Shown here: piece after piece, positions 20,359-28,902 of the stretch | How positions within the stretch are numbered: the stretch's first letter is position 1 | Layout: each line of letters opens with the position of its first letter | Source of the DNA: a virus | Length of the DNA: 64,000 nucleotides | Virus record (IMG/VR): IMGVR_UViG_3300021964_006878 | Location: 21,367 to 85,366 of that record | Reading direction: 5' to 3' (one strand) | Notes under the pieces: model-generated | What the model was told of the DNA's origin: nothing | The model's database searches: none | The model's input: only the letters and a program-made list of their open reading frames with translations | Made by a program: the position numbers and the translations under genes

Positions 20359-20677
20359 GTGTGTGCTCTAGATTTGCGATAGTTTTGTCGAGTTGCTCAA
20401 AGAACTTTTCCATGCCGTCACTCTCGGTATATCCGAACATCTTTGCTGCTTCAATTACCTTCTCCTTAATCACTAAGGCGTCAGGGTCATCAGACAGTGA
20501 GACACGAAAGAAGAACAGTTTCTGTTTCTCAAGGAATGTCTTAAGTCGCGCCAAGTGATCTCTTCTTTCTTCAACACTATACTCTGCAAGATGCATTAGA
20601 TCAATAGTGAGTTCTTGTTGCAGTTGCTCAAGCTCCATGACTGTACCACGGACTTGATCTGAGTCAAAAAATCTCAT
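20348..20677 (-). CDS. Conserved cyanophage protein (DUF1825-like)
   Basis: FFDSDQV...LEKQKLFFFRVSLSDDP. Confidence 0.65.
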   Translation of the reverse strand: MRFFDSDQVRGTVMELEQLQQELTIDLMHLAEYSVEERRDHLARLKTFLEKQKLFFFRVSLSDDPDALVIKEKVIEAAKMFGYTESDGMEKFFEQLDKTIANLEHTLDI

Positions 20678-21267
20678 ACTACCTGCTCTTTAAGAATCGA
20701 CTTGAATTTGTTCACATCAATATTTAGGAATGGTTTATACTTTTTAATTTTGAGACTGACGGTATTCCACACCGGGTCTTCGAGTTTTTTATCAAAGTTC
20801 TTCACATATTCTAGGATAATATCTAATATTACCATGGTCTCAATAGACAAAGCACCCTGCAGATATTTCTTCAATACCTCAGGGTGTGACTGTCCCTTGA
20901 TAGAGAACAGTTGTTGAAAGTTTTCTTTGTTGACGAAGACTTCTACTTCTGTCTTGAACATATAGGTTAAAGTTTGTGACCTTTTCATCCAAGATTTATA
21001 ATTATCTTCTCCAGAGGAAATAATATCGCCAATCCATAGACGGTCTGGGTCATCACACTCAACAAAGTTTGCTAAAAAGTATTCTTTAATCTCACTATCA
21101 TCTTTTTTGCGAGACATTCTTTCAAAAAAGTAACGATCTTTACGATTGTTATATGCTTGAACAGATGCCCTAGACTTACCAGAGTATTTGAAGTAACTAT
21201 AACTCTGCTTTGTAAAATGATTTTTGAATGCTAGATATGTTTTGTATACATCAATCGGTGTCATCAT
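20674..21267 (-). CDS. gp59: Helicase loader gp59
   Basis: YLAFKNHFT...YFKYSGK...RKDRYFF...IKKYKPFL. Confidence 0.85.
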   Translation of the reverse strand: MMTPIDVYKTYLAFKNHFTKQSYSYFKYSGKSRASVQAYNNRKDRYFFERMSRKKDDSEIKEYFLANFVECDDPDRLWIGDIISSGEDNYKSWMKRSQTLTYMFKTEVEVFVNKENFQQLFSIKGQSHPEVLKKYLQGALSIETMVILDIILEYVKNFDKKLEDPVWNTVSLKIKKYKPFLNIDVNKFKSILKEQVV

Positions 21268-21439
21268 CAATTCGTTCAAAATCTTCAATTTCGTCTGCAG
21301 TAACTTCGTGTTCATTATTGATTAGATACCAATGATGGCCAGAACGTTTACCAAGATACTGTAATTCTTCATCGATCCATGAGTTTTCACGCATTGCTGC
21401 TTGAATTTTATAATGAATCAATTCACCTCTAGAAATCAT
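21251..21439 (-). CDS. Hypothetical protein
   Basis: 62 aa, coupled to gp33. Confidence 0.55.
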   Translation of the reverse strand: MISRGELIHYKIQAAMRENSWIDEELQYLGKRSGHHWYLINNEHEVTADEIEDFERIDDDTD

Positions 21440-21690
21440 AATGGAAGTTTTGCTCGTGTAGTTTTTTTCAAAAAGTTAAGTTGAGTAGCGTCACATTTAA
21501 GTTTTTCTTTCAATGGTTTTGAAATTAATTTACCAACAGATTCCATTTCGATCTTGTTCTCTTCACAAAACGTGAGGATAGCATCGATGTAATTGAACTT
21601 GTAAGTCTTGACTAGACTCTCAACCTCTTGTGCAAACTTTGCTGGACACAGAAACTTTTCCTTGATGAGTTCATCAACTTGATTCTCCAT
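21436..21690 (-). CDS. gp33: Late transcription coactivator gp33
   Basis: YIDAILTFCEENKIE...LISKPLKEKL...LNFLK. Confidence 0.9.
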   Translation of the reverse strand: MENQVDELIKEKFLCPAKFAQEVESLVKTYKFNYIDAILTFCEENKIEMESVGKLISKPLKEKLKCDATQLNFLKKTTRAKLPL

Positions 21691-22360
21691 ATTCTCCTGT
21701 TTTATATTCGACGAACTTTTTGATGTACTCTGTGAGAAGTTTAATATAGTGACCCTTGTTTGTTTTTTCGTAGACAAAGCTTTCTCCATTTTCTGCAACC
21801 ATAATAGTAATTAATTTTTTAACTGGGATACCAGTCATTTCAAAATACATGCAAGCATAAGCAGTCTCTTGCACGAAATAATTTTCAATCCATTTTTCGG
21901 GTTTGATCTTGGCCGAGGTCTTAAAGTCGATGACTGCAAGTTCTCCGTCGTACTCTGCTATGCAGTCTACTCTACCTGCAAGACCAAGATAATCACTATA
22001 CAGCGATTGTTCTATAACATGTATGTTATTTATACGGTCAAGATTCTTTTTCGCTGAGAGTAGAAGAAACTTTGTAGAAGGAAGCATATCAATGTCCTTG
22101 ATGGGAACATTCTTGATGTATTGTTCTACAGCGTCATGGAACTTTGTCCCACGAAATGTAGATTCCCTAAGGACTTTATTTGCTTCTTCTTCACCGACTC
22201 TCTTTCGCCATTTGACAAAAACTTCACGGTTATAGAAACTCGTTACAGAAGTGATGGATGGATACATCTTTCCTGATGGAACTTCGTAAAAACGAGTTCC
22301 ATCAATCATGGTTGCTTCTAAATCAGTTTCGCCTTTTAAATTATCTAGATGGACAAACAT
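21674..22360 (-). CDS. PD-(D/E)xK exonuclease
   Basis: YPSITSV...GTKFH...AGRVDCIAEYDGELAVIDFKTS...Q.TAY. Confidence 0.85.
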   Translation of the reverse strand: MFVHLDNLKGETDLEATMIDGTRFYEVPSGKMYPSITSVTSFYNREVFVKWRKRVGEEEANKVLRESTFRGTKFHDAVEQYIKNVPIKDIDMLPSTKFLLLSAKKNLDRINNIHVIEQSLYSDYLGLAGRVDCIAEYDGELAVIDFKTSAKIKPEKWIENYFVQETAYACMYFEMTGIPVKKLITIMVAENGESFVYEKTNKGHYIKLLTEYIKKFVEYKTGEYGESS

Positions 22361-23121
22361 TAAATACCGAGTGCAATTTTAGTCATGATGTAGTTACGAA
22401 CAAATCCAGATCTAACAATATCATTGACATCATACTCTACACAAGTAAAGTCATCAGTCATTGCTTGGATGATCTTCATGAAATCAAGAATTCCATTACG
22501 CTCGTTGGTCTTCACAAGGTCAGACTGTGCTGCGTCTCCACAGAAAACAATCTTACAATTTTCACCAACTCTTGTTATTATACTATCAAGTTCATGAAAA
22601 TTCAAGTTCTGCATTTCGTCAACGATGATAATACAATTATCCATTGTAGTTCCACGAATGAATGAGGTAGACCAGAAGCGAATAGTCTCCTGTGCTTTGA
22701 GTGCTCCATAAAGCATCTCAAATTCATTCTCATTCTGCATCTCAAACATATACTTCACCATATTCTTATATGGAATTTGGTATAGTGCTGCCTTATCTTC
22801 ATGGTCTCCAGGAAGAAATCCAATCTCACGAGTAGAAACAAGAGAACGAACCACATACACCTTTTCATAAGGTGTGAATTGATCTAATACGTCTTTAAGT
22901 GCAAGGTATAGTGCAACAAAAGTTTTGCCTGTACCTGCTGCACCATAAGCAAACATATTTTTGCCTGCATTATATGCCTCAAAGAACTTTTCTTGGTTAT
23001 CTGTTAATGGTTTGATGTCAACCATTAAATCAGAATTGATTGGATGCTTTCTCTTCAGTTGTCTTGAACTCATACTGCCGACTCCAACACTGGAACCGCC
23101 TTTTCTCTTTTTAGCTGGCAT
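22360..23121 (-). CDS. phoH: PhoH-like ATPase
   Basis: GAAGTGKT, IGFLPG, FIRGTT, DEMQN, GDAAQSD. Confidence 0.95.
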   Translation of the reverse strand: MPAKKRKGGSSVGVGSMSSRQLKRKHPINSDLMVDIKPLTDNQEKFFEAYNAGKNMFAYGAAGTGKTFVALYLALKDVLDQFTPYEKVYVVRSLVSTREIGFLPGDHEDKAALYQIPYKNMVKYMFEMQNENEFEMLYGALKAQETIRFWSTSFIRGTTMDNCIIIVDEMQNLNFHELDSIITRVGENCKIVFCGDAAQSDLVKTNERNGILDFMKIIQAMTDDFTCVEYDVNDIVRSGFVRNYIMTKIALGI

Positions 23122-23123
23122 AC

Positions 23124-23372
23124 TTAGATTTTTTGAATGTTAGCACCTGGGACTGATTTTACCTTGGATAGAACATCGTTCCATCCAGGATTCTTCTTAC
23201 GAAGTTTATCCTTCCATTCACCGACTTCACCTGAAGCAGGACAAGTAGATGGATCACTCCAGTCCCTATGCCAGTCAGGATTATCGTTACACCACTGAGA
23301 CCATTCAGTGACACTCATTACGATTTCTTTTTGCTCACCAGTCTCTTTATGGACTATTGGATATGTTGCCAT
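23124..23372 (-). CDS. Conserved hypothetical protein
   Basis: MATYPIVHKETGEQKE...; usual neighbour of phoH. Confidence 0.7.
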   Translation of the reverse strand: MATYPIVHKETGEQKEIVMSVTEWSQWCNDNPDWHRDWSDPSTCPASGEVGEWKDKLRKKNPGWNDVLSKVKSVPGANIQKI

Positions 23373-23395
23373 GGTTACAAAACTCAATGAATTAT

Positions 23396-23998
23396 TTAGA
23401 CCCATTCAAGGGCTTCAGCAATGATAGAAAGGTTGTTGTGTATTTTTTTGATATGCTCTGCAAAATGTTTTACATCCATATCTAACTTCATACTATTACA
23501 TATTCTACAGCAAGGAACGCAGTTCTCTTTGGTATAACCAAGAGTATTATCTACTCTATCAACACCTGTATAGTAGAAATCGCCACTGGTTTTTCCTCCT
23601 CCCTTTACTCTATTCTGACCTTGACTTCCACAATAAAGACAAGGAGCAGTTGCTATACCACAAAACTCATCTTTTGTCAAGTCAAATGTGTGGTTTCTTT
23701 TCTCCGCACATTTAGAGTATTGATAGTATAAGTTATTTTTTGCAGCCTCACCAGGAGCAAGTTGCCAAGACCTGGTGTATGCTCCACCATTATGTTTCCA
23801 AGTAGAGGATATTTTTTGGTTACATCCACAGGAGTATCTCCTCTTTATGTTGAAACTATACATCTCCTTTACATTATCACATAAAGAACACCTCACAACT
23901 CCTCTGGTGTGTCGTCCTGATTTAGTTGCAGGTATTACTTCCAGTATAGTAAAGTTTCCTACAACATCTCCAACATTGATAGAAGATTTTCTTCCCAT
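23396..23998 (-). mobile_element. Free-standing HNH-type homing endonuclease (downstream of thyX)
   Basis: SCGC N-domain, CLYCG...GVDRVDNTLGYTKENCVPCCRICNSMK; own TATAAATA late promoter at 24023-24030. Confidence 0.85.
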
Positions 23999-24035
23999 AG
24001 TAGTAATGTATCCAACTACTTATATTTATATTATA

Positions 24036-24689
24036 TCATATCAACCACTCATTATCAATACCTCCAAGTGCTTCTGCTGTTATGGGAAACTCTTTACAAA
24101 ATATCTCCTTACAAGATTTTGCAATTTCCATATGCTCTTTCTGTGTTCCATTCTTCTCTCTCAGAGCAATGTAAGTAATCCAACTCCGCAGACTGCCAGT
24201 CATGTAGATTCTGGTGGGAGTACAGAGGGGAAGCACATTTCTTGCACATTCCTTTGCCACACCACGCTCAAGCATCTGCTGATATAATGCCATAGAAGAA
24301 TCAAACAGAGTCTGCATTTGCAGTTCCATGTTCTGAATTATAAAAGGATCAAGGTCATCAATCGAGTTCTGACGATTCTTTGTATCCTGACGGCGAAGTT
24401 CAGGCAAAGGAATCTTATCACCAAGCAGAGATGAATCTGCATACCGTTGTGAAAATTCTTGATATGTGAAACTTCTATGACGCAATATCTGAGCCGCAAT
24501 AGCACGGGTAGTCTCAATCTCTAAGGTCATAGTGGATTGTTCAAACACAGACCAGTGGTTGTGCTTGATACAGTAACGTAAAAGACCAGCGTACTTATCG
24601 TTCTCCTGGTTACTGGGGTTGGAAACTCTAGCGATATACGCCATAGTCTTTTCTGCGTCAGGAGTAACGCTTACTAGTTGTGCTCTCAT
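24036..24689 (-). CDS. thyX: Flavin-dependent thymidylate synthase
   Basis: HWSVFE, QILRHRSFTYQEFSQRY, KECARNVLP. Confidence 0.95.
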   Translation of the reverse strand: MRAQLVSVTPDAEKTMAYIARVSNPSNQENDKYAGLLRYCIKHNHWSVFEQSTMTLEIETTRAIAAQILRHRSFTYQEFSQRYADSSLLGDKIPLPELRRQDTKNRQNSIDDLDPFIIQNMELQMQTLFDSSMALYQQMLERGVAKECARNVLPLCTPTRIYMTGSLRSWITYIALREKNGTQKEHMEIAKSCKEIFCKEFPITAEALGGIDNEWLI

Positions 24690-25195
24690 AACATTTGCAA
24701 TAATCTATGTTCTTTGTGATGATTTCTTGTGCCCTTATATGTTTTGTGTAGAGTTTGTTTGTTTAAATCATTCTCTAAACAAAATGTCGTAAGGTTTTTC
24801 ACCTCTATTATATCACCAGAAGGGATTTTAATCAACCACCTTTTAGAGTTGTCTGGCATTTTATAAACCCCATTCTTAATGGCGTCTTCAACATTTTCTT
24901 TTATTGTTCCCCATTTTAGATTAGATAAAGAGTTATTATCTTTATTGTCGTCAAGATGTCTAACTACTTCGTGGTTCTTTGGGTTTGGAATAAATGCCAT
25001 AGCAAGAAGTTGATGTAGTCCTTTCTGCCTTCTTTTTCCTTTTAAATCATACAAAGAAAAAGCATAGTATCCCCTTTTGTTTTTATGCCCGTTAATATAT
25101 CTTTTAAGTTTAATCGAATAAACTTTTCCATCTGGGTATATTTTATAATGAGGATACTCATCTAGTATTCTACAATCCATCTCCATCATCGTCAT
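24686..25195 (-). mobile_element. HNH homing endonuclease (upstream of thyX)
   Basis: HQLLAMAFIPNP...VRHLDDNKDNNSLSNLKWGT; TATAAATA at 25214-25221. Confidence 0.85.
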
Positions 25196-25412
25196 TGATT
25201 AGTAGGTATGGATTATTTATACTTTTAGTCACGCCATCATCATCGTCTTCAAAAATCTCATCGTAGTCGCCTACAATTGTAGTATTTCTCTCATATGTAT
25301 ATGCTTCTATATCCGAGTAAACCTCAGACTCCAAAGCATCGACAAGAGATTTTAAATTACGTACAATGAGTTTTAGTTTTTGTTTGTCCATAAACTCAAT
25401 TACAGTATCCAT
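25170..25412 (-). CDS. Conserved hypothetical protein
   Basis: KLKLIVRNLKSLVDALESEVYSD. Confidence 0.7.
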   Translation of the reverse strand: MDTVIEFMDKQKLKLIVRNLKSLVDALESEVYSDIEAYTYERNTTIVGDYDEIFEDDDDGVTKSINNPYLLINDDDGDGL

Positions 25413-25458
25413 ACATTCTACACAAAAAAAGCGTGTCTGTCAAGACACGCTTCGTATA

Positions 25459-25629
25459 TTAATTTAATAGTCTCCTACATATTCGTTTACATACAGATTG
25501 AGAATCATCGCACTCAATCAAACAATCAAAGTAGTCGTTTGTCAAATCCATTTCATCATTATATAAATTTAAACTTTGTCCAATATTCCTCCATTCAGCT
25601 AATTGGTTACTTGACATGACATTGTGCAT
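25459..25629 (-). CDS. Small Cys-rich protein (56 aa)
   Basis: Manual: MHNVMSSNQLAEW...NDYFDCLIECDDSQSVCKRICRRLLN; followed by a terminator at 25424-25452. Confidence 0.7.
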   Translation of the reverse strand: MHNVMSSNQLAEWRNIGQSLNLYNDEMDLTNDYFDCLIECDDSQSVCKRICRRLLN

Positions 25630-25759
25630 AGTTTAACCCTTAAGAGTTTACATCATTGATATAGAAAGATTTTCAGATCATAGGAAGTTTTTTAATTCTG
25701 TATTATTTAGGTTAGTTTGTGTTAATTCACTAACATTTGTTAATTCGTTACTTAAAGAC

Positions 25760-25788
25760 AAAAAAAGAGAGGATAGTCAATCCTCTCT
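25760..25788 (-). terminator. Intrinsic terminator after the DUF4278 gene
   Basis: AGAGAGGA/TCCTCTCT stem plus T-run. Confidence 0.8.
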
Positions 25789-25806
25789 GCAATGTAAGTT
25801 AATGAA

Positions 25807-25974
25807 TCACTTAGTATAAGTACGACCACGATAGCAGAATGTACCGTGCGACTCTTTGTTTTCTACACAACGAGTAGAATACTCAACACCACGATATGAA
25901 GTGTGAAGAATTTGTGCGTTATGCAGTGCAGATGCTTTGTTGATCTGCTGCTTTACCATTTGAAGGGTGTTCAT
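25807..25974 (-). CDS. DUF4278-family small protein (55 aa)
   Basis: Manual: MNTLQMVKQQINKASALHNAQILHTSYRGVEY...TFCYRGRTYTK (two YRG motifs); AGGAG RBS. Confidence 0.8.
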   Translation of the reverse strand: MNTLQMVKQQINKASALHNAQILHTSYRGVEYSTRCVENKESHGTFCYRGRTYTK

Positions 25975-26007
25975 GTTGTTACTCCTAAAGTAGTTGGATT
26001 TTTAGGT

Positions 26008-26358
26008 CCGTTCCTTTAGTCGTTTGCGTCCCAATACCACTCACATTCTGGTGCTGAGTCCTTAAGAGTCTCAATCAATTCAATCTTAACTATATTACTA
26101 AGATTAGAATTTTTCTCAATCTTCAGCATAATAGCATCAGTTTGAGTACAGCTGAGTGTTGTATAGAATAATAGTTCTAACATGGGATGAACGATTAGAG
26201 TGATTTTTTCCAGCGACGAATAGAAGTATGAGATGTTTGATAATCTTCTGCAAGTTTTCTAATAGGCAGTGTAGCAAATCATTCTAATTCTCCGTTCCGC
26301 GACTTACTTGCGTCTCCTAATCAAGTCCAAATTTGTTCCAAATTAGGAGATGAACGAT
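26008..26358 (-). promoter_or_regulatory. Double glutamine riboswitch (glnA / Downstream-peptide type aptamers)
   Basis: Two ATCGTTCA-[stem]-CGCAA...GGAACGG units (26292-26358 and 26008-26195) upstream of DUF4278. Confidence 0.85.
26016..26183 (-). CDS. 55 aa ORF nested in the riboswitch stem-loop
   Basis: MLELLFYTTLSCTQTDAIMLKIEKNSNLSNIVKIELIETLKDSAPECEWYWDAND. Confidence 0.65.
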   Translation of the reverse strand: MLELLFYTTLSCTQTDAIMLKIEKNSNLSNIVKIELIETLKDSAPECEWYWDAND

Positions 26359-26364
26359 AGGTCT

Positions 26365-26393
26365 ATTATAGACCTCATACATTATTTAGTCAA
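26365..26393 (-). promoter_or_regulatory. Sigma70-like promoter driving the riboswitch transcript
   Basis: TTGACT-N17-TATAAT; the -10 lies within the palindrome AGGTCTA-TAA-TAGACCT. Confidence 0.8.
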
Positions 26394-26568
26394 GTAGTTC
26401 TGCATTATCGTTTTCTTTCATAAGATTAGATACTACTTTTTCTGTACCGTCAATAACTTTAATCTGATACAGGTTAGACTTCATATACTTTTTAATTTTC
26501 TTGTACTTCTTCTTGACTTGCTCAATACCATCAAAGTTGATATCAACATTCAGATTATTGTCAGTCAT
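26386..26568 (-). CDS. Hypothetical protein
   Basis: ORF track, coupled to the upstream gene. Confidence 0.55.
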   Translation of the reverse strand: MTDNNLNVDINFDGIEQVKKKYKKIKKYMKSNLYQIKVIDGTEKVVSNLMKENDNAELLD

Positions 26569-26855
26569 TTCTTTTTCTTTTCTTCTTTCTTGGGTTCACT
26601 ACCAGGAGCATTCCACATTTTGGGATTCATTGTTCCACTAGATTGTTTCATATCAATAAAGTTATCACGATACTTGTCCCAATAATGATCAAAGATATCT
26701 ACTTTCTTAGTTGCAATAACTAAATCAAAATGTTTTCCACCATCTACCTTATACTCAATAAGATAGCAGGTATAAGGTAGAGACTTATCCTTTGATAATT
26801 CTGGATCACAATCTTCATGCAATATTTTAAGTTTACTCAACTTCTCCCTCCCCAA
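26565..26855 (-). CDS. Conserved hypothetical protein
   Basis: DKSLPYTCYLIEY...DIFDHYWD. Confidence 0.65.
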   Translation of the reverse strand: MGREKLSKLKILHEDCDPELSKDKSLPYTCYLIEYKVDGGKHFDLVIATKKVDIFDHYWDKYRDNFIDMKQSSGTMNPKMWNAPGSEPKKEEKKKK

Positions 26856-27463
26856 GTGATATCAGGATATGCTTGAGAAACAATATCCTTAGTAATATTA
26901 TACTTATTTTCTAGGTTCTTATCCTTTACAAGGCACAAGATCTCTGCGTCAAGTGGATGCAGACCTTCAAGCATCTGAATAAACATGGTCTCTCTACGAA
27001 GACTCTTAAGTTGGTCGTTACCACCTTTACAGAAGTTGTAAAATCTCCGATACTCTTTACGAATAGTGGTCTTGCCTTTCTTCAGGTCACTAATTCCCAT
27101 GGAATCATTCTGATTATATTCCATGGTACCAACTGCCTGAGCAATCTTAGTGCTCAGAGTACCAGTAGTAATTTGCTCATCCTTCATACTAGAGTATGGC
27201 ACTTCACCAGGAGGGAGCAGAGAAATCACACTCTCATCAAAATTCCAAATGAATAATGCTTTGATAGAATCATGTTCATGCTTCTTAAGCACCTCTATCT
27301 TCTTTGCTTTTGTTTTCTGCTTATTCACCAGAGCAAAAACTTCAAAGGTAAAAGGATTAGGTGGCAGTTCCAGTGTTGCTGGTGCTGCCTTCGGTCTAGG
27401 AGTAGACGCTTTCTTAATCGTCGTCTTCCTCGTCGTGGTCTTGGGTTTCGTAGTCATTTTCAA
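26837..27463 (-). CDS. Conserved T4-like hypothetical protein
   Basis: LFIWNFD...LPPGEVPY...RRETMFIQMLEGLHP. Confidence 0.7.
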   Translation of the reverse strand: MKMTTKPKTTTRKTTIKKASTPRPKAAPATLELPPNPFTFEVFALVNKQKTKAKKIEVLKKHEHDSIKALFIWNFDESVISLLPPGEVPYSSMKDEQITTGTLSTKIAQAVGTMEYNQNDSMGISDLKKGKTTIRKEYRRFYNFCKGGNDQLKSLRRETMFIQMLEGLHPLDAEILCLVKDKNLENKYNITKDIVSQAYPDITWGGRS

Positions 27464-27641
27464 ATCTTACAGCTAAAATTTCATCTGGTAATACATTACC
27501 ATATTCATCCAACATTTCAGGATGAATGTACGGGAGTGCCTGTCTTTGGAATATTTCTCTTGCAATGAGTCCAATCAAACCACCAATAAGCAGAAATTGA
27601 ACAGATACAAGGGAAAAAAGAGTTATAGTTGCAGCATTCAT
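27414..27641 (-). CDS. Small membrane protein
   Basis: TM helix plus HPEMLDEYGNVLPDEILAVRFE. Confidence 0.65.
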   Translation of the reverse strand: MNAATITLFSLVSVQFLLIGGLIGLIAREIFQRQALPYIHPEMLDEYGNVLPDEILAVRFENDYETQDHDEEDDD

Positions 27642-27806
27642 AAACCTTCTCCAAGAGATTTTTTTCTAATAAGTAAATTTATCTCAAAGTTAAAATGAAT
27701 CTCTCTTCCAAAGAAAGAGACCATTTTGGCAAACTTCACATAGTTGCCTTTTTGGGGTGCTGGTCTCCCTCCCAATAGTAATTCTACACCTTTATTTATT
27801 GCAATA

Positions 27807-28043
27807 TCAGAGGAGTTTTTCTTCCCTGAGGTATTTGATGGTTTCACTACATCCTCCAAGTTTCTTTTGGTCCGCTAGAATTTGGGGAAATGATGTACCA
27901 TGTCCGAATTCATTATAGAATTCATCAGGGGTGAAGTCTCTTCCAAGTTTATATTCTACAAACTTTTGTTCGGTTAGTGTGAGGACCTGAACGATCTTAT
28001 CACAATATGGGCATCCTGGTTTTGAATATACAATTAAATTCAT
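27807..28043 (-). CDS. Glutaredoxin
   Basis: YSKPGCPYC...SFPQI...LGG. Confidence 0.9.
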   Translation of the reverse strand: MNLIVYSKPGCPYCDKIVQVLTLTEQKFVEYKLGRDFTPDEFYNEFGHGTSFPQILADQKKLGGCSETIKYLREEKLL

Positions 28044-28684
28044 TGTTGTACTCCTTTCCAATCATTTTCAAAGATTGCCATTCCCATATCGGTAAGGATA
28101 TGATCATGCATCTGTTCAAATATAGAAGGTGGCATAGTTACTACACTAGCACCATTATACCATGAACGGACAGCACGTTGCACACTACGAATAGATGCCG
28201 AGAGTACTTGAGTAGGAGCACCCTGTATACGATACAGTTCAGAAATAGAACGTACAACTTCTAGACCTGCTACTGATTGGTCATCCAATCGTCCTACGAA
28301 AGGAGAAACATAATATGCACCTGCTCGTGCTGCAAGAACTGCCTGGGCAGCAGAGAAGATAAGAGTCACATTGACACGGATGTTATTGTATGATAATTCG
28401 CTGCAAGCTTTAAGACCTTCACGAGTCATAGGAACCTTAACAGTGCAAGGAAACCCAAATGTTTCAAACAAACGACGACCTTCTGCAATCATATCATCAG
28501 CATTCCCCATGACTTCCATGCTGATATCTCGGATACCCATGTCCTTGATCTCTTGATAGACATCATCAGGTTTCCGACCACTCTTCATAATCAGAGTAGG
28601 ATTTGTAGTGATGCCATCAATCAATCCAGTATCATTATATTTACGAATCAATTCTGTGTCTGCTGTATCCAGAAAAATTTTCAT
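28040..28684 (-). CDS. talC: Transaldolase TalC
   Basis: IFLDTAD...GITTNPTL...VKVP...NVTLIFS...SPFVGRLDD. Confidence 0.95.
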   Translation of the reverse strand: MKIFLDTADTELIRKYNDTGLIDGITTNPTLIMKSGRKPDDVYQEIKDMGIRDISMEVMGNADDMIAEGRRLFETFGFPCTVKVPMTREGLKACSELSYNNIRVNVTLIFSAAQAVLAARAGAYYVSPFVGRLDDQSVAGLEVVRSISELYRIQGAPTQVLSASIRSVQRAVRSWYNGASVVTMPPSIFEQMHDHILTDMGMAIFENDWKGVQQ

Positions 28685-28902
28685 TTGAGTTTATTTAAAA
28701 ATTCTCTCTCGTCATTATATAGAAACTTCATATCTTTGTCAAGGAAATATTCAATTCCTATCACGACTTCTGGTAGCAACCATTCATGCACTGGTAGACA
28801 TGCTTCCCAGTTCACAGGTTGAATACAATTCATAACCACCACCGACCAAAAGGCAGCAGCATAATTGATGATGCTAGTCATGTTACTTTCCCGATAACCC
28901 AT
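28681..28902 (-). CDS. Hypothetical protein
   Basis: ORF track. Confidence 0.55.
   Translation of the reverse strand: MGYRESNMTSIINYAAAFWSVVVMNCIQPVNWEACLPVHEWLLPEVVIGIEYFLDKDMKFLYNDEREFLNKLK

Noticed and set aside
21674-22360. Exonuclease as a Cas4/CRISPR component
   Set aside because: Core T4-like cyanophage gene beside phoH and gp33; no Fe-S Cys pattern and no repeat-spacer array seen in the window.
25700-25752. GTTA/TAAC-rich repeats as an NtcA, RpaB (HLR1) or Pho box
   Set aside because: Does not match any consensus well enough to call by eye.
27638-27859. 73 aa ORF overlapping the glutaredoxin 3' end
   Set aside because: Probably real from a downstream start, but the start codon could not be fixed, so it was not listed.
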